Shown here: in pieces, positions 59,097-64,000 of the stretch | Layout of the letters: the number at the start of each line of letters is the position of its first letter | Position numbering within the stretch: the stretch's first letter is position 1 | Source: an uncultured Gammaproteobacteria bacterium | Lineage (GTDB): Bacteria > Patescibacteriota > Microgenomatia > UBA10105 > UBA927 | Direction of reading: 5' to 3' | DNA: 64,000 nt | Assembly (NCBI GenBank): GCA_964553825.1 | Contig: CAZKLT010000001.1 | Location: forward strand, 51,423-115,422 | Made by a program: the position numbers and the translations under genes | The notes under the pieces: model-generated | What the model was told of the DNA's origin: nothing | The model's database searches: none | Seen by the model: the letters and a program-made list of their open reading frames with translations, nothing else

Positions 59097-59501
59097 ATGG
59101 CAAAAGCTAAAACGACAAAAAAAGCCTCGGTAAAAGAAACGGAAGTAAAAAAATCAGCGAAAGCTGCAAAAGCCACAAAGCCTGCAAAGACGACGAAGGC
59201 CGCCAAAACGTCGAAAGTTGTGGAAGCAATGCTCGCCGCACCCAGTGAAGAGAAAAAAGAAGTGATCTCCCAATATCAGGTGAAAGATGGAGACACGGGG
59301 AGTCCCGAGGTCCAAGTCGCACTACTTACCAAACGTATTGAAAAACTGGTTTCACATCTGAAGACGAATCCTGCGGATAATCACTCACGAAGAGGGCTTC
59401 TGGGGATTGTCAGCAAAAGACGACGTCTTCTTAACTATCTGGAAAAGAAAGACACGAAACGATACAAGGGCATAACCCAGAAATTAGGCTTAGGTAAGTA
59501 A
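59097..59501 (+). CDS. rpsO: 30S ribosomal protein S15 with Lys/Ala-rich N-terminal extension
   Basis: [22 protein letters not shown]. Confidence 0.95.
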   Translation: MAKAKTTKKASVKETEVKKSAKAAKATKPAKTTKAAKTSKVVEAMLAAPSEEKKEVISQYQVKDGDTGSPEVQVALLTKRIEKLVSHLKTNPADNHSRRGLLGIVSKRRRLLNYLEKKDTKRYKGITQKLGLGK

Positions 59502-59525
59502 ATACAAACGGTTCTAAGAAAGGAG

Positions 59526-59610
59526 CTTGGGCCGAGGAAGAAGTGTGATGTCATGAATTTTTGACGAATCAAGAATTCACGTGATCCCACTTCACCTCAC
59601 ATATCCCAAG
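59526..59610 (+). promoter_or_regulatory. Long imperfect hairpin in the pnp leader
   Basis: CTTGGG..GAGG.GAAGTG..TCA.TGAATTTTTGA-CGAA-TCAAGAATTCA.TGA..CACTTC.CCTC..CCCAAG. Confidence 0.65.
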
Positions 59611-59620
59611 AACGAACAAT

Positions 59621-61807
59621 ATGAAAAAACAATCCCTGGTGACGAAGTCACTTGAATTAAGTGGACGAACGCTGACGCTGGAAGTTGGCCGATTTGCAGA
59701 GCAGGCAAATGCCGCCGTGCTTGCCCGTTATGGGGACACCATGGTATTGGCAACAGCCGTAGCGTCTTCAAAGGAAACGACATTGGATTATTTCCCGTTA
59801 TCTGTGGAATACGTGGAACGGCTGTATGCCGGCGGACGCATTAAGGGATCCCGATGGGTGAAACGTGAAGGAAGACCCACTGATGATGCGGTTTTGGCTG
59901 GACGTGTTATTGATCGGTCAATCCGCCCGTTGTTCCCCAAGACATACAAACATGACGTACAGGTGATTATCACTGTTCTGTCTGTTGACGGAGTCAATGA
60001 TCCGGATGTGCTCGGATTGGTGGCGACATCAGCAGCGTTGGCCATATCATCCATTCCCTGGAAAGGTCCGGTGGCAGCGGTTCGCATGGGATACGTAAAA
60101 AATGCCAATGGAGATGGCGGCTCATATGTCGTCAATCCGACGATTTCGGAGCAGGAAATGAGTGATTTTGATTTTGTCGTTTCTTCGACAAAAGAAAAAG
60201 TTCTCATGCTTGAAGGTGGTTTCTGTGAGACGTCAGATGACGTGACCTATGAATCCATCCTGGTCGCCAAGGAAGCCAACGGAAAGATTATTAAACTTAT
60301 AGAGGATCTTGTTGCGGAAGTTGGCAAAACGAAAGAGGTTGCGCCGGAGCATGCGGCCGCCGATGAGCTGAAAGAGAAGATCGTCAAGGACTACAAGAAG
60401 GAAATGGAGCTTGCATTTGCAAAGAAAGCGGAAAAAGAATTTGGCGGTACTGAGGTTGCGGAGTTGGCCAAAGTAATCGCAGAAGCATATGGCACGGAAT
60501 ATACCGTTAAAGCGGTCGAAGAAGCGCTTGACGGATTATTTAAGAAGAAAGTACGGGAAAATATCCTTGAGGAAGGAAAACGTTTTGACGGTCGGAAAGT
60601 CGATGAAATTCGTTCATTGGAAGCAGCGGTTGGGATTTTACCCCGCACACATGGAAGTGCGATGTTTAAACGTGGACAAACACAGGTTTTGACTGTTGCA
60701 ACGCTTGGAACACCGTCACTGGAACAGCTCATTGAGAGTCCTGCCGGTGAAGAATCAAAGCGATACATCCATCACTACAGCATGCCTCCGTATTCGGTGG
60801 GTGAAACGGGAAGAGTCGGTACACCGAATCGGCGCGAAATCGGGCACGGTGCGTTAGCGGAGCGTGCACTTTTGGCGGTTATACCGTCAGAAACAGAATT
60901 TCCTTATACCATCCGATTGGTAAGCGAAGTGATGTCCAGCAATGGGTCGACCTCAATGGCTTCTACTTGTGGTTCGACGCTTGCGCTTATGGACGCCGGT
61001 GTTCCTATTCGGGAGCCTGTTGCCGGTATTTCGATCGGACTTATGACCGGACCGAAGAAGTATGTCCTTCTGACGGATATTTTGGGTATCGAGGATTTTG
61101 CCGGGGATATGGATTTTAAAGTGGCCGGAACGAAAAATGGCATAACCGCCATTCAGCTGGATGTCAAGATTGACGGACTGACGGATGAAATGATGAAGGA
61201 AACGTTCGTTCGAGCTCGGGAGGCACGGATGAAGATTCTTGAGAAAATGCTTTCAGTCATCCCATCATCCCGTGCATCATTGTCACAATATGCACCCAAG
61301 GTGCAGGTGGTGAAGATTCCGACCGAGAAAATTGGCGAAGTCATCGGTCCCGGAGGGAAGATGATCCGCAATATCATGGCATCGACGACGACAACAGTCG
61401 ACGTCGACGATGACGGATCAGTCGTTATTTCAGGAATGGACGACACTGCCGTCAAGAAAGCGGTTGATTGGGTGACCGGTCTTACCCGCGATGTGCAGGT
61501 TGGTGAAGAATTTGAGGGCGAAGTGAAACGGATACTCCCGTTCGGAGCGTTTGTTGAGATATTGCCCGGAAAAGAAGGCATGGTGCATGTTTCACAGATG
61601 TCGACAGAATATGTCAGCAAGCCAGAAGATGTGGTGAGTCTCGGACAGAAAGTGAAAGTCCGAGTCATGGAAATTGATGAACAGCGACGGGTGAACCTCT
61701 CCATGCTTTTCGGAGAGGACGCAAAAAAGGCACCGCCCCGTGAGCGCCGTGAAGGCGCCCCGGGTGGCGGCAGGCGTCCCTTCGACCGCGGACGAAGACG
61801 ATTTTAG
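59621..61807 (+). CDS. pnp: Polyribonucleotide nucleotidyltransferase (PNPase)
   Basis: RSIRPLF, RREIGHGALAE, SNGSTSMAS, GDMDFKVAGT; KH and S1 domains. Confidence 0.98.
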   Translation: MKKQSLVTKSLELSGRTLTLEVGRFAEQANAAVLARYGDTMVLATAVASSKETTLDYFPLSVEYVERLYAGGRIKGSRWVKREGRPTDDAVLAGRVIDRSIRPLFPKTYKHDVQVIITVLSVDGVNDPDVLGLVATSAALAISSIPWKGPVAAVRMGYVKNANGDGGSYVVNPTISEQEMSDFDFVVSSTKEKVLMLEGGFCETSDDVTYESILVAKEANGKIIKLIEDLVAEVGKTKEVAPEHAAADELKEKIVKDYKKEMELAFAKKAEKEFGGTEVAELAKVIAEAYGTEYTVKAVEEALDGLFKKKVRENILEEGKRFDGRKVDEIRSLEAAVGILPRTHGSAMFKRGQTQVLTVATLGTPSLEQLIESPAGEESKRYIHHYSMPPYSVGETGRVGTPNRREIGHGALAERALLAVIPSETEFPYTIRLVSEVMSSNGSTSMASTCGSTLALMDAGVPIREPVAGISIGLMTGPKKYVLLTDILGIEDFAGDMDFKVAGTKNGITAIQLDVKIDGLTDEMMKETFVRAREARMKILEKMLSVIPSSRASLSQYAPKVQVVKIPTEKIGEVIGPGGKMIRNIMASTTTTVDVDDDGSVVISGMDDTAVKKAVDWVTGLTRDVQVGEEFEGEVKRILPFGAFVEILPGKEGMVHVSQMSTEYVSKPEDVVSLGQKVKVRVMEIDEQRRVNLSMLFGEDAKKAPPRERREGAPGGGRRPFDRGRRRF

Positions 61808-61863
61808 TCGTCTCATCATCTGAGATATTTTCTTCGTTCTTCTAAGTAAGGTATGATGGATAT

Positions 61864-62973
61864 ATGTCCAAATTGACGGATGATGTTAACATGCTTCGCA
61901 CGAAAATTGCGGATGCAAAACTCCCGCCGGATCTCGAGTCGCGTGTTTTGGGTAGCCTGGAAGAAGCTCAGAGGCTTGAGAGTGATATCACAGCGAGAGT
62001 ACATATAGAGCAGATGCTGCGATATATCGACTGGATCGTTCACCTTCCCTGGAACATGCGGACGAAAGATGAGTTGGAATTGGGTCGGGCAAAGGAAATG
62101 CTTGAAAAAAATCACTATGGCTTACAGCCGGTGAAAGAGCGTATTCTTGAATATCTTGCCGTACTGAAACTTAATTCTGATCGATGGTTGGCCGAAGAGC
62201 AGGGGAAAGCCCGATCAGCTGATGTCGGAGCGGATGCTAAATTATCTCACGCAATGCTTGCACGCCGGGCGCCTATTCTGTGTCTTGTGGGACTGGTGGG
62301 TACCGGAAAAACGACACTCGCCAAATCCATAGCCCAGGCGATGGGCCGACGGTTTGTCCGTATTCCTTTCGGAGGAATGAGTGACGCGCTTGAATTGCGC
62401 GGCCAGTCGAGGGTCAGGCCGGACGCGGAAATTGGCCTTATTCTCAAGGGAATGCGATTTGCGGGATCACGAAATCCGGTTATTCTTTTGGATGAAATTG
62501 ACCGTGTGGCCGAGCATGCCCGGGGAGATATCATGGGTGTGTTGGTTGAGCTTTTGGATCCCGAGCAAAACGCAGCGTTCACCGATCATTACCTTGATTA
62601 TCCGTTCAATTTGTCAGAAGTTCTGTTTATTGCGACGGCCAATAATACGACACATATAGCCACTGCGGTATTGGATCGTCTTGAGCCTATTCAGATGCCT
62701 TCATATACGGATGAGGAAAAGACAAAAATTGCCAAGGATTACGTATTGCCGGAGCTTATGCGTGAATCTGGCTTGACAAGTGAAAATTTGACGATCGACG
62801 AAGCAGTGTGGCCCAAATTGGTGCGTCCACTCGGATTTGATGCAGGTATTCGTAGTCTTGAGCGGGGCATAAACAGTGTTTGTCGGAAAGTTGCACGCAT
62901 GATCGTAGAGGGAAAAACAAAAGCAGTGAAAATTGATGAATCTAATATAAAGGAGTTTATTGAAAGCTATTAA
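61864..62973 (+). CDS. Lon-type AAA+ ATPase lacking the N-terminal and protease domains
   Basis: LPW, HYGL..VKERILEYLAV, CLVGLVGTGKT, NPVILLDEID, LLDPEQN..F.DHY, FIATAN, LDRLE; ORF stops right after the alpha subdomain. Confidence 0.85.
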   Translation: MSKLTDDVNMLRTKIADAKLPPDLESRVLGSLEEAQRLESDITARVHIEQMLRYIDWIVHLPWNMRTKDELELGRAKEMLEKNHYGLQPVKERILEYLAVLKLNSDRWLAEEQGKARSADVGADAKLSHAMLARRAPILCLVGLVGTGKTTLAKSIAQAMGRRFVRIPFGGMSDALELRGQSRVRPDAEIGLILKGMRFAGSRNPVILLDEIDRVAEHARGDIMGVLVELLDPEQNAAFTDHYLDYPFNLSEVLFIATANNTTHIATAVLDRLEPIQMPSYTDEEKTKIAKDYVLPELMRESGLTSENLTIDEAVWPKLVRPLGFDAGIRSLERGINSVCRKVARMIVEGKTKAVKIDESNIKEFIESY

Positions 62974-64000
62974 CCCATTTTTAAAACGTATAAAACAAAA
63001 AGGCCAGATATTTACTGGCTCATCCCAAAGCGGAAAAGAATCAATCCGCCTTATCCCCCTGGGTGGCACGGGAAACGTCACGAAAAACATGTTTGTTTAT
63101 GAGTATCGGTATGACGGTGACTTGCGGGATATTCTCATCGTCGATTGTGGTATCGGTTTTCCTGATCCGGAGATGTTTGGTGTAGATCTTGTACTTCCCG
63201 ACGTGCGGTATCTCGAAAGTAAAAAGGATAAAATCAGAGGACTCGTGTTTACGCATGGTCATGACGACCATATCGGTGGTATTGCGCATATATATCCGAA
63301 ATTAGGAAAAGTTCCCATGTGGGGAACAACGCTTACTTCAGCATTTGCCAATATTAAATTGCGCGAACGGCTGCCAAAAGTAAAAGTAACACCGGTAAAG
63401 TTTGACCAGGTTCTTCGTATAGGACCATTTATCGTATCCTTTGCCCGGGTTACGCATTCGGTTCCGGACGCAGCCAATCTCATAATCGAGACACCGATAG
63501 GTATTTTTTATCACGGAAGCGATTTTAAGTTCGATTTCGATCCGTTGGACGGAAAATTGTCTGAGCTGGATAAAATTACCCAGACGGGGAAACGTGGCGT
63601 ACTGTGTATGCTTACCGATTGTCTGGGCAGTGAGCGGCCGGGATTTACCGCATCGGAGCAGATCGTAGGACAGACGCTTGAGAAGGAGTTATCGCTTGCC
63701 AGCGGGAAGTTTATTTTTACGACACAGTCGAGTAATATTTCCCGAATTCAGCGGGCGATCGAAATAGCGCTGAAGTACGGACGGAAAATTGCGATTTTCG
63801 GACGGAGTATGGACCAAAATATCGAAGAGGCACTTAAGCTCGGATATATGCACTTTCCCAGGGAAGCAATTATTCTTGACCGGGACTTGCGGCGTGTGCC
63901 CCGGACAAAGCAATTTCTGATCGTTGCGGGCGCACAGGGACAGGAAGGGTCAGCGTTGTCACGGATAGCCAACGATGATCACAAGTTCGTGAAGCTGGAA
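62960..64000 (+). CDS. rnj: Ribonuclease J (runs off the window end)
   Basis: Not in the ORF track. TTG at 62960 follows an AAGGAG SD; IPLGG.G.VTKNM, VDCG, THGHDDHIGG, VTHSVPD, DFKFD, SSNISR, GAQGQ. Confidence 0.93.
   Translation, partial: MKAINPFLKRIKQKGQIFTGSSQSGKESIRLIPLGGTGNVTKNMFVYEYRYDGDLRDILIVDCGIGFPDPEMFGVDLVLPDVRYLESKKDKIRGLVFTHGHDDHIGGIAHIYPKLGKVPMWGTTLTSAFANIKLRERLPKVKVTPVKFDQVLRIGPFIVSFARVTHSVPDAANLIIETPIGIFYHGSDFKFDFDPLDGKLSELDKITQTGKRGVLCMLTDCLGSERPGFTASEQIVGQTLEKELSLASGKFIFTTQSSNISRIQRAIEIALKYGRKIAIFGRSMDQNIEEALKLGYMHFPREAIILDRDLRRVPRTKQFLIVAGAQGQEGSALSRIANDDHKFVKLE

Noticed and set aside
52575-61704. Numerous 100-240 aa antisense ORFs over dnaK, nusA, infB and pnp
   Set aside because: Typical reverse-frame shadows of conserved, codon-biased genes.

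Overview
64 kb of mostly core chromosome from a compact bacterial genome. It uses standard code 11 (TGA is a stop). Gene content points to Patescibacteria/CPR, probably Microgenomates; this is inference from the stand-alone VirD4-like ATPase, short IF2/HrcA/TIM, tRNA-Ile(UAU) and type-1 IDI. In order, the window holds: the 3' part of a class II (B12-dependent) ribonucleotide reductase and pduO, then a class-II cobalamin riboswitch and terminator ahead of a 667-aa unknown gene; a VirD4-like ATPase; an ATP-grasp ligase; tRNA-Ile(UAU) abutting idi; tsaD; CIRCE-controlled groESL; a surface-glycan cluster; tatD and metG; a five-gene putative copper locus with three His1 exported proteins and a heme-reductase/metal-binding fusion; rmuC; a helicase-nuclease; femAB x2; pcrA; tpiA; LCP; pilN/O; rpsT; murJ; GH39 and surface proteins; CIRCE-hrcA-grpE-dnaK-dnaJ; and nusA-infB-DHH-rpsO-pnp-(protease-less Lon)-rnj. 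I saw no CRISPR array, rRNA, integrase or transposase. The best candidates for new biology are the B12-riboswitch-controlled unknown gene, the copper locus, a protease-less Lon inside an RNA-decay cluster, shared N- and C-terminal sorting motifs on surface proteins, and widespread leaderless gene starts. All calls come from reading motifs by eye; no searches were run.
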